Assembly (NCBI GenBank): GCA_963845535.1
Contig: CAWJSK010000019.1
Span: 192,001 to 256,000, forward strand
Source of the DNA: an uncultured Spirochaetota bacterium
GTDB lineage: Bacteria; Spirochaetota; Spirochaetia; SZUA-6; Fen-1364
Direction: 5' to 3'
Length of the DNA: 64,000 nucleotides
Shown: piece by piece, positions 33,583-43,338 of the stretch
Numbering within the stretch: the stretch's first letter is position 1
Layout of the letters: each line of letters starts with the position of its first letter
The notes under the pieces: generated by a model
The model's database searches: none
Seen by the model: the letters and a program-made list of their open reading frames with translations, nothing else
Told to the model about the DNA's origin: nothing
Program-made: the position numbers and the translations under genes

Positions 33583-34659
33583 ATGCCGCACAAGAAGCTG
33601 TTCATTCCCGGCCCCACAGAGGTACATCCGGAGATCCTCGCGGCCATGGCCACGCCTATGATCGGGCACCGCAGCTCGGACTACAGCGAGCTGCAAAAGC
33701 GCGTCACGGAAAAAGTCCAGAAGCTGGCATTCACCTCGAATCCCGTCCTGTTCTCGGCATCCTCGGGAAGCGGCCTCATGGAAGGCGCCATCCGCTGCAG
33801 CACGGCAAAGCGGGCAATCGTGTTTTCCGTGGGAACGTTCGGCAACCGCTGGTTCGAGATCGCGCAGGGCAACGGAGTCCCCGCGGACAAGCACGAGGTG
33901 GAGTGGGGGAACGGCCTGATCCCTGGCAAGGTTGATGAGTACCTCTCCACCGGCAAATACGATTGCGCCACCATCACGCACAGTGAGACCTCTACCGGCG
34001 TCATGAACCACCTCGAAGAGATGGCCTCGGTGCTCCGCAAATATCCCGACGTGGTGTGGTGCGTGGACGCCGTGTCGTCTTTCGGCGGGGTCAAGATCGA
34101 CGTGGACGGCCTGGGCATCGACATCATGGTGACCTCCAGCCAGAAATGCCTCGCGCTCCCCCCGGGGCTCTCCCTGGCGACATTCTCTGCGAAGGCGGAG
34201 AAGCGCGCGCAGAGCGTGAAGAACCGGGGATCCTACTTCGACCTGCTGCAGCTCCTGCAGTTCATCCGGGAAAAGAACTTCCAGTATCCTTCGACCATGA
34301 GCGTGTCGCACATGTTCGCCCTTGACCGCCAGATGGACCGCATTGCGAAAGAAGGCGTGGATGCCCGGTTCAAACGGCATGAGGCCATGGCCTCCGCGGT
34401 GCAGGGATGGGCCAAAGAGAAGTTTGCGCTCTATCCCGATGAGAAGTACGCCTCCCGGACGGTCTCCTGCATCAAGAACACGCGCGGCATCTCCGTCGCG
34501 GACCTGAACAAGGAGCTGGGAAAGCGGAACCTGACCCTGTCCAACGGCTACGGCAAGCTCAAAGAGCAGACGTTCCGCATTGCGCATATGGGGGACCTGC
34601 AGATGGCGGACATCAAGGAGCTCCTGGACGCTATTGACGACATCCTGAAGCTGAAGTAG
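33583..34659 (+). CDS. Class V PLP aminotransferase (serine-pyruvate/alanine-glyoxylate type)
   Basis: LFIPGPT, IGHRS, HSETSTG, VDAVSS, SSQKCLALPPG, FRIAHMG. Confidence 0.92.
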   Translation: MPHKKLFIPGPTEVHPEILAAMATPMIGHRSSDYSELQKRVTEKVQKLAFTSNPVLFSASSGSGLMEGAIRCSTAKRAIVFSVGTFGNRWFEIAQGNGVPADKHEVEWGNGLIPGKVDEYLSTGKYDCATITHSETSTGVMNHLEEMASVLRKYPDVVWCVDAVSSFGGVKIDVDGLGIDIMVTSSQKCLALPPGLSLATFSAKAEKRAQSVKNRGSYFDLLQLLQFIREKNFQYPSTMSVSHMFALDRQMDRIAKEGVDARFKRHEAMASAVQGWAKEKFALYPDEKYASRTVSCIKNTRGISVADLNKELGKRNLTLSNGYGKLKEQTFRIAHMGDLQMADIKELLDAIDDILKLK

Positions 34660-34660
34660 A

Positions 34661-34698
34661 CCTAGCACGGCCCTAGCACGGCGAAGCCGTGCGGAGGC
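34661..34698 (+). repeat. REP-like palindromic element, copy 2, with duplicated 5' half
   Basis: CCTAGCACGG then CCCTAGCACGG-CGAAG-CCGTGCGGAGGC, right after a TAG stop. Confidence 0.6.
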
Positions 34699-34753
34699 CG
34701 TCAAACGGCTGTTCGTATTGCAAAGTGATCCGGCGGCGACTATACTTGAGCGC

Positions 34754-35002
34754 ATGGAGGAGCGGAAAGCCTGCCTTTTCTGCGGAAAAATCGTCGACGG
34801 AAGCTACCAGTACTGTCCCCACTGCGGCTACGAGTTCGGGGAAGGTGAGGAGCTGTCTGCCCTCCTCGAGGAGACCATGGCGGACGCTTCGGCGGACGGA
34901 GAGGGAAACTACCTGCTTCGCCTCCGCACGCTCCAGGATCTGCTCGCCGACATGGAGCGTGAGCTGGACCTCATCATCAGGACCTCTTCAAAAGGTCCTT
35001 GA
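34754..35002 (+). CDS. Small zinc-ribbon protein with C-terminal coiled coil
   Basis: CLFCG...CPHCG; promoter TTGCAA-17-TATACT 7 nt upstream. Confidence 0.75.
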   Translation: MEERKACLFCGKIVDGSYQYCPHCGYEFGEGEELSALLEETMADASADGEGNYLLRLRTLQDLLADMERELDLIIRTSSKGP

Positions 35003-36206
35003 TGACGCTGCGGTCATCCAGCAGGGAGCTCAAAGACCTCCGGTAATGCAGCCGATAGATGATCCTCGCGAACAAGTGCGTGATGTCCGCGCTGATGTAC
35101 CATTCCCGACCCAGGACCGACTCGTCATGGTAGACGGCGTTGGTCCCGATGATCCTGTAGAATAACCCCTCGTGATACGCGTTCTCGAAAGTGCCCACCG
35201 CTTCCGCGGTGAACAGCGGCAGGCTTACCGCGCAGATGATCTTTTCCGCCCCGTACTCCCTGAGCTTGCGCATGGCCTTGATGAGGGTCCCTCCCGTCCC
35301 GAGCATGTCGTCGCTCATGAACACGGTCTTGCCGGCAACGGAACCGAGGAGCTTCATCTCGGTGATGTTGCCGTTTTCCGCGCTCTGCGCCACGCGGGAG
35401 TAGTCCCGTTCCTTGTACAGCATGGCAAGCGGCTTGCTGAGCACGGAGGCGAAGAACTTGTTGCGGTCCACCGCTCCCGTGTCGGGGGCAACCACCACGA
35501 GGTCTTCGTCTTTCAGCTCCGTGAGCCCCGCGAGCGCCTTGATGATCTGGTATCCGCCGTGGAGGTTTTCCAGCCGGAGCTGGTTGAAGCAGTTCTCGAT
35601 CTCCTTGGAGTGAATGTCCAGCGTGATGATCCGGTTGACGCCGAAGGCCTCGAGCATCTGCCCGACCCGGGCGGCGGAGAGGCTTTCCCGTCCTTTCTTT
35701 TTGTGCTGGCGGGAATAGGGGAACGTGGGCAGGATCACCGTGACCAGGGCGGCTCCCGCCTGCAACGCGGCGTCCACCGTGACCAGGAGACAGAAGAGGT
35801 GGTCGTTCACGGACAGCTCGTGGGGCTCATCCGTCTTCTGGAATTGCAGCGGGTAGCGGTTGGAGACGTCCTGGACGATGTAGATCTCCGTGTTCCTCAC
35901 CGACATGAGGATCTCCGTCTTGAACTCCCCGTTGGGAAACCGCGTGTACTTGGCGGGCACGAGGACGATGTTCGAACGCTGCTGGTCTATGGGCTCGTCC
36001 ATGTAGCCCGCCGTGGGAAGGATGTCGGCTGCAAGGTTCATCTGGCGGATGACCTCAGCGCGCGGGATCTGGTAGGACCTGGACAGGATCTTCACGCGCT
36101 CCTCGAGCTTCTCCCGAGAGATGGTCTCCAGGTGGCCGAGGATTTTCTGGGCAAACGTCATTCCCCCCGGGCAGGGGAGTATGCCGATCTGAGCCAGCTC
36201 AGCCAT
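34977..36206 (-). CDS. prs: Ribose-phosphate pyrophosphokinase (long form with N-terminal insert)
   Basis: RFPNGEFK, PYSRQHK, TLDIHS, VAPDTGA, DDMLGTGGT. Confidence 0.93.
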   Translation of the reverse strand: MAELAQIGILPCPGGMTFAQKILGHLETISREKLEERVKILSRSYQIPRAEVIRQMNLAADILPTAGYMDEPIDQQRSNIVLVPAKYTRFPNGEFKTEILMSVRNTEIYIVQDVSNRYPLQFQKTDEPHELSVNDHLFCLLVTVDAALQAGAALVTVILPTFPYSRQHKKKGRESLSAARVGQMLEAFGVNRIITLDIHSKEIENCFNQLRLENLHGGYQIIKALAGLTELKDEDLVVVAPDTGAVDRNKFFASVLSKPLAMLYKERDYSRVAQSAENGNITEMKLLGSVAGKTVFMSDDMLGTGGTLIKAMRKLREYGAEKIICAVSLPLFTAEAVGTFENAYHEGLFYRIIGTNAVYHDESVLGREWYISADITHLFARIIYRLHYRRSLSSLLDDRSVIKDLLKRS

Positions 36207-37155
36207 GTGCGGGAGCGAAAGCGGGGGAAGAAGCGGAAAAGAAGGCGACTGTCCTGGCCAGGCCGCCGTCCAGGTCACAGCCCGGCTTCCACCCGAGGAC
36301 TTTGGCGGCCTTCGAAACGTCAAGGCAGCTCCTGCGGATGTCCCCTGGTCTGGGCCCCGCCCGCGTATACTTCAACTCCTTTCCCATGATGGAGCAAAGG
36401 GAAGCCAGAAGCTCGCGCGTCTTCACGGGCCGGCCGGTCCCGATATTGATGGCCTGGCCTTCCCCTTTGTCCAGGGCCAGGATGTTCGCTTTAGCGCAAT
36501 CCTCGACAAATACGTAGTCCCGCGACATCCCTTCTGGATCCTCGGAATACGCATTTATGGTGGGGATTTCCCCCTTGAGTATCTTCGATATGAATATCGC
36601 AACCACGCCCGCTTCGCCGGCAGGGTTCTGGCGGGGCCCGTAGACGTTGGCGTAACGCAACGCCGTCCAGGGAAGCTTGTACTGGTGCCCGTAGAAACGG
36701 AGGTAGTTCTCCCCAAGGAGCTTGTGAATTGCGTACGGCGACTCCGGAGCTGGGGGATGATCTTCCGGAATCCTCTCCAGGGCTGATTCGCCGTAAACTG
36801 CGCCTCCGGAAGAGATGAATATGAACTTGCGCACGTTCGCTTTGCGGCTGTTCTCCAGCACGTTCAGAAGGCCCAGGCTGTTGATCCTGGCGTCCAGAAC
36901 GGGGTCACGGGCGGAGACAGTCACGCTCATTTGCGCCGCGTGATGATCCACGACGTCGGGTTTCTCAGTCTGGAAGACTTTCTCCAGAAGGGGCGAAGCG
37001 ATGTCCATGAGATAGAAGGGCACTCCCTTGGGCAGATTGGCCGCGCTCCCCGTGGAAAGGTCATCCACGATGACCACGGAGTGGCCCGCTTTCAGGCACG
37101 CGTCCGCCACGTGGGAGCCAATGAAGCCGGCTCCCCCCGTTATCAGGATTTTCAT
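36199..37155 (-). CDS. NAD-dependent epimerase/dehydratase (UDP-glucose 4-epimerase-like)
   Basis: ITGGAGFIGSH, HHAAQ, SSGGAVYG, YAIHK, RYANVYGPRQ, RDYVFV. Confidence 0.92.
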   Translation of the reverse strand: MKILITGGAGFIGSHVADACLKAGHSVVIVDDLSTGSAANLPKGVPFYLMDIASPLLEKVFQTEKPDVVDHHAAQMSVTVSARDPVLDARINSLGLLNVLENSRKANVRKFIFISSGGAVYGESALERIPEDHPPAPESPYAIHKLLGENYLRFYGHQYKLPWTALRYANVYGPRQNPAGEAGVVAIFISKILKGEIPTINAYSEDPEGMSRDYVFVEDCAKANILALDKGEGQAINIGTGRPVKTRELLASLCSIMGKELKYTRAGPRPGDIRRSCLDVSKAAKVLGWKPGCDLDGGLARTVAFFSASSPAFAPAHG

Positions 37156-37293
37156 GGTGAGACTGTAGCATCGGCGCCGAAAGGGGGTCAAGGAGAGCGC
37201 GTTTCGGCGCGCGTTCGCTGCGCGGTTCAGGCGCATTCCAGGCGCGGTTTTCGCTGAAGCTTTTCCCTGCCGGTTGCCGAAGATTGTAGTTGG

Positions 37294-39576
37294 ATGAGGA
37301 AATCACTGTTCCTCCTATTCTTCTCAGCGGCATCAGCCTGTTTCGCCCAGGTCACGTTCTCAGGGCTCGACCTCTCACCGAAGGACAGGCTCCTCTTTGC
37401 CGCCTCCGCCCTCTATCCCGATTATGGAACGTTCAACACTCTTTTCCTGGCTGATGCCCGCACGAAAAAGATGCGCGAGCTGACGTGGTTCCCCGAGGAG
37501 GTCCTCCTCCTGCAGGACAAAGACGTGCTGCAGATCCAGAACCGCTACGGCGTGTTCCGCTCTGGACCGGGGTTCACGAACATCGCGCCGCTGTCTATTT
37601 TTCCTTCCTTCGTGGGAGGCAGCCAGGTTCAGTCCGGCAGGATTCCCCCCATGCAGACCTCCCCGGACGGCAGGTACCTCCTTTTCACGCGTCCGACCTC
37701 CACGGCGTACGGGGACCTCACGCTCATCGACGTGTCGACTGGCGCCCAGAACGTCGTTTCCACGCACGTGGAGCTGTCCCTCGAAGCGCTTCCCGCGCTC
37801 TGGTCTCCCGACTCGCGCTTCATCGTGTACAGCAAGGACGCCGGCCTGTACTATTTCTCCCTGTCCCAGATGCGTGAAGGCCGCGTGTTGACGGAATCCT
37901 TGCGCCGCATTGGCGACGGCACCACCGCCAACGTGGCGTGGAGCAGGGACAGGAGCCTGGTCTACATCTCGGGACTCATCGTCTATGACATCGACCCGAG
38001 CGAGCTTTTCACCCGGGCGCTGTACGCCGGGTTCCTCAACATCGGGAAGGTGGAGGGGAAGATCCCCTTCGATTTCGATTCGAACTTCGACTCCTTCTGG
38101 GTGTCGCCGGACGGGAAGAACCTCCTCCTGAACAAGGGAGGGCGGAACCTCTTCCTGTACTACCTCTCCACGGACGACTTTCACGCCAACGGCGCGCCGC
38201 TCAACCTGCCGTACCTGTATCTGCCCCGTGACACGATGGTGCGCAAGGTCGTCTGGTCCACGGGCAACATCGTGACGATGCTCTGCGAGACGCGGTCCGC
38301 CGGCGTGCGGGGCACCACCGTGTTCCGTCTTTCTCCTGACGCCGACGGTCACTACGGCAGCTTTGTGCAGACCCCGGATACCGGGGTGTTGGACATCGTG
38401 CTCTCCCCGGATGAGAGCCTCGCCGCAATCATGGAGGCTGACGCCGTCTCCTGGCGGGACTACGCCACCTGGAAAGAGAAGGGCAGGGCAGCGCACCCGT
38501 CGCCGCTGCACGTGGCATGGCTGGGTGAGGACCAGCTCCTCACGGCCGGGGCGTACTTCATTGAGCGGCTCTCCCTGGACACGGGGACCTCGACTCTTAT
38601 TGGACTGTCCCAGCCGGGTCAGTACGGTTTTACCGCGGATACAGACCAGGTGGAGACCTCCGTGAAGGGGCGGTCACTCGCCCTCGATGAGTCCAGCGGC
38701 TCGTGGAATCCCGCCGCATCATTCCAGGTACGTACGCCTCCGGGCTCCGCCACGGAGGACCTTCGCGTGTACCTGGAGAGCTCCGCGCGCGGCAGCTACG
38801 CCAACCTTGTCATGGTCCGTGACGCAAAGGGGTACGGGACGACGCCGCTGTTTCCCCCGGAAACGACGGTGTACGAGCCGTTCCCGACCGCCGATGAGCC
38901 GGTCAGCTTCACGAACTTCACGCATGGCTCGCGGATCCACAGGCGCGAGGTCAGCCTGGTGTTCAACGCCGTGGATTCCGCGGAAGGCCTGACGGGGATC
39001 CTCAACACGCTCTCCGCGTACCGCATCCGCGCAACGTTCTTTGTGAACGGGGAGTTCGTCCGTCGCTACCCCGATGCCGTGCGAGAGATTGCGCAATCCG
39101 GCCACGAGGTCGGGTCCCTTTTCTCGACGTACTTTCCGATGACCGATTCGCGCTTCGGCGTGGACCGTGACTTCGTCAAGGCGGGCCTGGCGCGCAACGA
39201 GGACGACTACTTCGCCGCCAGCGGCCGCGAGCTTTCCCTCCTGTGGCACGCGCCGTACTACATCGTCAGCTCCGCGATCATTGCCGCCGCGGCGGAGATG
39301 AACTACATGTACGTGGGCCGGGACCTCGACACCTACGACTGGGTTGCGGCGACCGACTTCAACAGGGAGCGGGGAATCTACTTTCCCACGGCGCGGCTCG
39401 TGGAGCGCATCATCGCGCAGAAGAAGCCTGGTTCGATCATCCCCATCCAGGTGGGAATGGTCGGCGGCCCCAGGGACGACTATCTTTTCCAGAAGCTTGA
39501 TCTCATCATCAACGAGCTCAGCCTTCTCGGGTACCAGATCGTGCCGGTCTCCACGCTCGTGGAGCATGCGAGGTAG
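37294..39576 (+). CDS. Exported beta-propeller + polysaccharide deacetylase-like protein
   Basis: Signal peptide, SPDG/WSPD blade motifs, C-terminal ATFFVNG, GHEVG, PGSII NodB-like motifs. Confidence 0.75.
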   Translation: MRKSLFLLFFSAASACFAQVTFSGLDLSPKDRLLFAASALYPDYGTFNTLFLADARTKKMRELTWFPEEVLLLQDKDVLQIQNRYGVFRSGPGFTNIAPLSIFPSFVGGSQVQSGRIPPMQTSPDGRYLLFTRPTSTAYGDLTLIDVSTGAQNVVSTHVELSLEALPALWSPDSRFIVYSKDAGLYYFSLSQMREGRVLTESLRRIGDGTTANVAWSRDRSLVYISGLIVYDIDPSELFTRALYAGFLNIGKVEGKIPFDFDSNFDSFWVSPDGKNLLLNKGGRNLFLYYLSTDDFHANGAPLNLPYLYLPRDTMVRKVVWSTGNIVTMLCETRSAGVRGTTVFRLSPDADGHYGSFVQTPDTGVLDIVLSPDESLAAIMEADAVSWRDYATWKEKGRAAHPSPLHVAWLGEDQLLTAGAYFIERLSLDTGTSTLIGLSQPGQYGFTADTDQVETSVKGRSLALDESSGSWNPAASFQVRTPPGSATEDLRVYLESSARGSYANLVMVRDAKGYGTTPLFPPETTVYEPFPTADEPVSFTNFTHGSRIHRREVSLVFNAVDSAEGLTGILNTLSAYRIRATFFVNGEFVRRYPDAVREIAQSGHEVGSLFSTYFPMTDSRFGVDRDFVKAGLARNEDDYFAASGRELSLLWHAPYYIVSSAIIAAAAEMNYMYVGRDLDTYDWVAATDFNRERGIYFPTARLVERIIAQKKPGSIIPIQVGMVGGPRDDYLFQKLDLIINELSLLGYQIVPVSTLVEHAR

Positions 39577-39588
39577 AGGGGGAATACG

Positions 39589-40017
39589 GTGAACGCGAAT
39601 GATCCAGTCCATGCGTACAAGGAAACTCAGATCAAGACGGCCAACCAGATCAGGCTGATCGTCATGCTGTATGACGGGGCCATACGCCACTTGAACCTGG
39701 CCCTGGACTCCTTCTCCGAGGGCCACCGGCGTTATGACGTGATCAATAACCACATCATTGCCGCACAGGACATCCTTTCCGAGCTGACCGCGTCCCTGGA
39801 CTTCGAGAAGGGCGGTATGCTCGCGAAAAACCTGTTCAGCCTCTACAGCTTCATGAATCGGCAGCTCATGGAGGCGAACATGAAGAAGGAGCCCGGCCCG
39901 CTCTCTATCGTCAAGAAGCATCTCAGCGAGCTTCGGGAGGCGTGGGAGGAGATCTCCACCCGCAAGGGCCTGGAGGAGCGGGGTGGGGCAGTTTCCGGTG
40001 TGAATATCGCGGGATGA
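39589..40017 (+). CDS. fliS: Flagellar export chaperone FliS
   Basis: AYKETQIKTA, LIVMLYDGAI, ELTASLDFEKGG, LREAWEEI. Confidence 0.95.
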   Translation: MNANDPVHAYKETQIKTANQIRLIVMLYDGAIRHLNLALDSFSEGHRRYDVINNHIIAAQDILSELTASLDFEKGGMLAKNLFSLYSFMNRQLMEANMKKEPGPLSIVKKHLSELREAWEEISTRKGLEERGGAVSGVNIAG

Positions 40018-40031
40018 GGAGGGGAGCTCCG

Positions 40032-40520
40032 ATGAACGAATCGAACGCACAAGCCATGGACCAGACGAACGTACGCGACATGAAAACTGAAGAGAAAATC
40101 GCGCTCTTGAAGCGGCTGCGGGAAATGCTGCAGCGCCAGCGGGAGAAGTTCCAGGGCTACCTCGCCCTGCTCGAGCAGGAGGAGTCCTCCATCCATTCCG
40201 GAGACGCCGACACGCTCCTTGCGCAGGTTGAGATGGAGAAATCGATCATCGCGGACATCTTCTCCCTCAAGAAGGTCATCGAGCCGTTGGAGACACTGTA
40301 CCAGGCCGCGTATCCGCGGACGGAGCAGACTGTGCCCCGCCTCAAGGCGACACTGGAGAAGATGAGCGAGCAGGTGATTGCCCACAATGAAAAAAACAGG
40401 ATGCTCCTGAGGGCGAGAATGGATGACCTGCGCCAGGAGATTGCCTCCCTGCGGGCATGGCCGCGATCCGCGCCCAGCTTCTCGCAGGCTGCACCGGGGC
40501 TCGTCGACATCACTACATGA
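40032..40520 (+). CDS. FlgN-like coiled-coil flagellar chaperone
   Basis: Helical protein between fliS and polA, ending LVDITT. Confidence 0.6.
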   Translation: MNESNAQAMDQTNVRDMKTEEKIALLKRLREMLQRQREKFQGYLALLEQEESSIHSGDADTLLAQVEMEKSIIADIFSLKKVIEPLETLYQAAYPRTEQTVPRLKATLEKMSEQVIAHNEKNRMLLRARMDDLRQEIASLRAWPRSAPSFSQAAPGLVDITT

Positions 40521-43276
40521 GCGGTGAGCTGTGCCTGATAGACGGCTACAGCGTCATCTATCGAGGGTACTTCGCGTTTCTGAACAGGCCGCTCCTGAAC
40601 CCTGAGGGAAAGAACACATCCTCGGTGTTCGTATTTTTCCGCACGCTCATCCAGATCGTGCGGGACCTCGCTCCGGGGCATGTCGTGGTGGCCATGGACT
40701 CCCGGGTGCCGACTTTCCGTCACGAACGTTACACGCAGTACAAGGCCAACAGGGACAAGGCCCCCTCCGACCTGCACGCGCAGGTGCCCGTGATCGAGGA
40801 GATCCTTTCGGCCCTTGGAGTGCCGTGCCTGCGCGCGGACGGCTTCGAGGCTGATGACGTCATTGCAACTCTTGCCGATGCCTGCAGGAAGTCCGGCAGG
40901 CCTTGCTGGGTCTTCTCCGGCGACAAGGACATTCTCCAGTGCATTGGCGGCAACGTCCGCCTGCTGGCGCAGGAGAAAGGCGCCTCCGACATCGTCGAGT
41001 ACTCGCGGGAAAAGGTCTTCGAGTCTCGCGGCGTGTACCCGGAGCAGATCGTCGACTACCTTGCCCTGACGGGCGACTCATCTGACAACGTCCCCGGAGT
41101 TCCCGGGGTCGGTGACAAGACGGCGCTGAAGCTCCTTACAAGCTACAAGTCCATCGACGGCATTTTTCAGAGTCTCGATTCGATCACCCCGGAGTCCCTT
41201 CGGAAAAAACTTGCCGCGGGAAAAGAGTCGGCCCTTCTTTCACGGGAGCTCGTCACGCTTCGCCGCGACGTGCCGGGGATTCCGCAGCCCGAGACGCTGC
41301 CTCCCATAGCCTTGAACGTGACCGCGGCCACCCCGCTTCTGGAGCGTCAGGGGATGAAAACCATCGTGGCGGACCTTCTCAAGCTGTCCGGGAAATCCAC
41401 GGAGTCTGCGCGGTCTGCGCGCGCTTCAACGCCGTCCACGCCCACGGCACCCGCACCGACGCCTGCCCCGGCCATCCTGAAGAGCACGGCTCCCGGAACG
41501 TACGCGACAGTTACCACTTTGTCGGAGCTGGAGGCATGGGTGGCCCGGGCAAAGGCCGCCGGCGTGTATGCATTCGACGTAGAGACGGACGGCAGGGATG
41601 AGATGCGCGCCGTCCTTCTCGGCTTCTCGTTGTCCGTGGAGGAAGGGAAGGCGTGCTACGTTCCCGTCCGAGCCAGGGACACGTCGTGCATCCCTGAGGG
41701 CGAAGCGCGCCGCTGCATCGCCGGCCTCCTGGAGGACCCGAAGGTCCGACTCGTCGGGCAGAATGCGAAATACGATTACAAGATGATGCGCCGCTGGGGG
41801 GTGTCTCCCGCGAACGTCTCTTTCGATACGATGGTGGCGGCCTGGATGCTGGACAGCGAGCAAGGGAGCTACGGCCTGGACAGGCTGGCGGAACAGAGGC
41901 TCGGCTATCGGTCCCTTCCCTACGAAGAGCTGGTCGGGAAGGACCAGACCCTCGAAGATATTCCGATCCAAAAGGTCACCGACTACTCAGGAGAGGACGC
42001 GGACCTCACGCTCCGTCTCTCCCGGCTGCTGTTCCCTGAATTGGAGGCTGCGGGTCTTATGCCGCTTTTCTCCCGCGTGGAAATGCCCCTTCTTGTCGTG
42101 CTCGCGGAAATGGAGCTTACCGGGATCAGGGTGCTCGCCACCGAGCTTGCGGGATACAGCCAGGAAATGGAAACAGTCCTTGCGGCGCTGGAGGCGGAGA
42201 TCTACCAGCTATGCGGCAGGAAGTTCAACATCAGCTCCACCAAGCAGCTCCAGGAAGTGCTCTTCACGTGGCGGAAGCTCACGCCGGTGAAAAAGACGAA
42301 GACAGGCTTCTCCACGGATGAGGACGTGCTGGAAATCCTGGCGTCCCAGGACCCGGTGCCGGAGAAGATCCTTGCCCACCGCAAGCTCACCAAGCTGAAG
42401 TCCACCTACGTGGATGCGCTGCCGCTGCAGATCAACGAGAGCACGGGCCGGCTCCACACACATTACGTCCAGACGGGCGCTGCCACGGGCCGCCTGGCCA
42501 GCAAGGACCCGAACCTCCAGAATATCCCCATCCGTGAGGAGGAGGGGAGGCGCATTCGAAGCGCGTTCGTCCCGGCTCCCGGGATGCGCTTTGTCAGCGC
42601 CGACTACTCGCAGATCGAGCTTGCAATCCTGGCCTACCTGTCCCAGGACTCTGTCCTCCTGCAAGCTTTCCGCGAGAGGAGGGACATCCATCGTCAGACC
42701 GCATCGCTGATTTTCGGCGTTCCTGAAAGCGAGGTCAGCGCTGAACAGCGCGCGGTTGGGAAGACCATCAACTTCGGCGTGGTGTACGGAATGTCGGCCT
42801 ACGGGCTGTCCCAGAGGCTGAAGATTCCAAAGTCGGACGCGGACAAGTTCATCAAGACGTACTTCCTGCGCTACGAAGGCGTGGACCGCTTCTTGAAGGA
42901 GACGATCAAGGGCGCGGAACAGAACGGATTTGTCACCACTCTCATGGGACGCCGCCGCAGGATCATTGCAATTCGAAGCCCAAACAGGACTGAGAAGTCA
43001 GGGGCGGAGAGGGTGGCCGTGAACTCTCCCATCCAGGGGACTGCCGCCGATATCGTGAAGCTTGCCATGGTGAAGCTTGCCGCCCGGCTGCGTGAGGGGC
43101 GCCTTGGCGCCCGGATCCTGCTGCAGGTCCACGACGAGATCATCCTCGAGTCTCCGGTGGAAGAAGCTGAGAAGACGCTGCGCGTTGTCGAGGACGTCAT
43201 GGAGCACGTCGTGGACCAGGACATCCCGCTCAAGGTGCATTGCGAGATCGGCGATAGCTGGGGCGCATTTCACTAG
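40517..43276 (+). CDS. polA: DNA polymerase I
   Basis: 5'-3' exo (LIDG, YKANR, EADD, GDSSDNVPGV), 3'-5' exo (FDVET, QNAKYD), polymerase (ADYSQIEL, KTINFGVVYG, QVHDE). Confidence 0.98.
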   Translation: MSGELCLIDGYSVIYRGYFAFLNRPLLNPEGKNTSSVFVFFRTLIQIVRDLAPGHVVVAMDSRVPTFRHERYTQYKANRDKAPSDLHAQVPVIEEILSALGVPCLRADGFEADDVIATLADACRKSGRPCWVFSGDKDILQCIGGNVRLLAQEKGASDIVEYSREKVFESRGVYPEQIVDYLALTGDSSDNVPGVPGVGDKTALKLLTSYKSIDGIFQSLDSITPESLRKKLAAGKESALLSRELVTLRRDVPGIPQPETLPPIALNVTAATPLLERQGMKTIVADLLKLSGKSTESARSARASTPSTPTAPAPTPAPAILKSTAPGTYATVTTLSELEAWVARAKAAGVYAFDVETDGRDEMRAVLLGFSLSVEEGKACYVPVRARDTSCIPEGEARRCIAGLLEDPKVRLVGQNAKYDYKMMRRWGVSPANVSFDTMVAAWMLDSEQGSYGLDRLAEQRLGYRSLPYEELVGKDQTLEDIPIQKVTDYSGEDADLTLRLSRLLFPELEAAGLMPLFSRVEMPLLVVLAEMELTGIRVLATELAGYSQEMETVLAALEAEIYQLCGRKFNISSTKQLQEVLFTWRKLTPVKKTKTGFSTDEDVLEILASQDPVPEKILAHRKLTKLKSTYVDALPLQINESTGRLHTHYVQTGAATGRLASKDPNLQNIPIREEEGRRIRSAFVPAPGMRFVSADYSQIELAILAYLSQDSVLLQAFRERRDIHRQTASLIFGVPESEVSAEQRAVGKTINFGVVYGMSAYGLSQRLKIPKSDADKFIKTYFLRYEGVDRFLKETIKGAEQNGFVTTLMGRRRRIIAIRSPNRTEKSGAERVAVNSPIQGTAADIVKLAMVKLAARLREGRLGARILLQVHDEIILESPVEEAEKTLRVVEDVMEHVVDQDIPLKVHCEIGDSWGAFH

Positions 43277-43338
43277 GCGCATCGTGCCCACGGACGGCCT
43301 GGCGGTGCCCGCGCCCCGCGCGGGCTACCCTGATGGCG

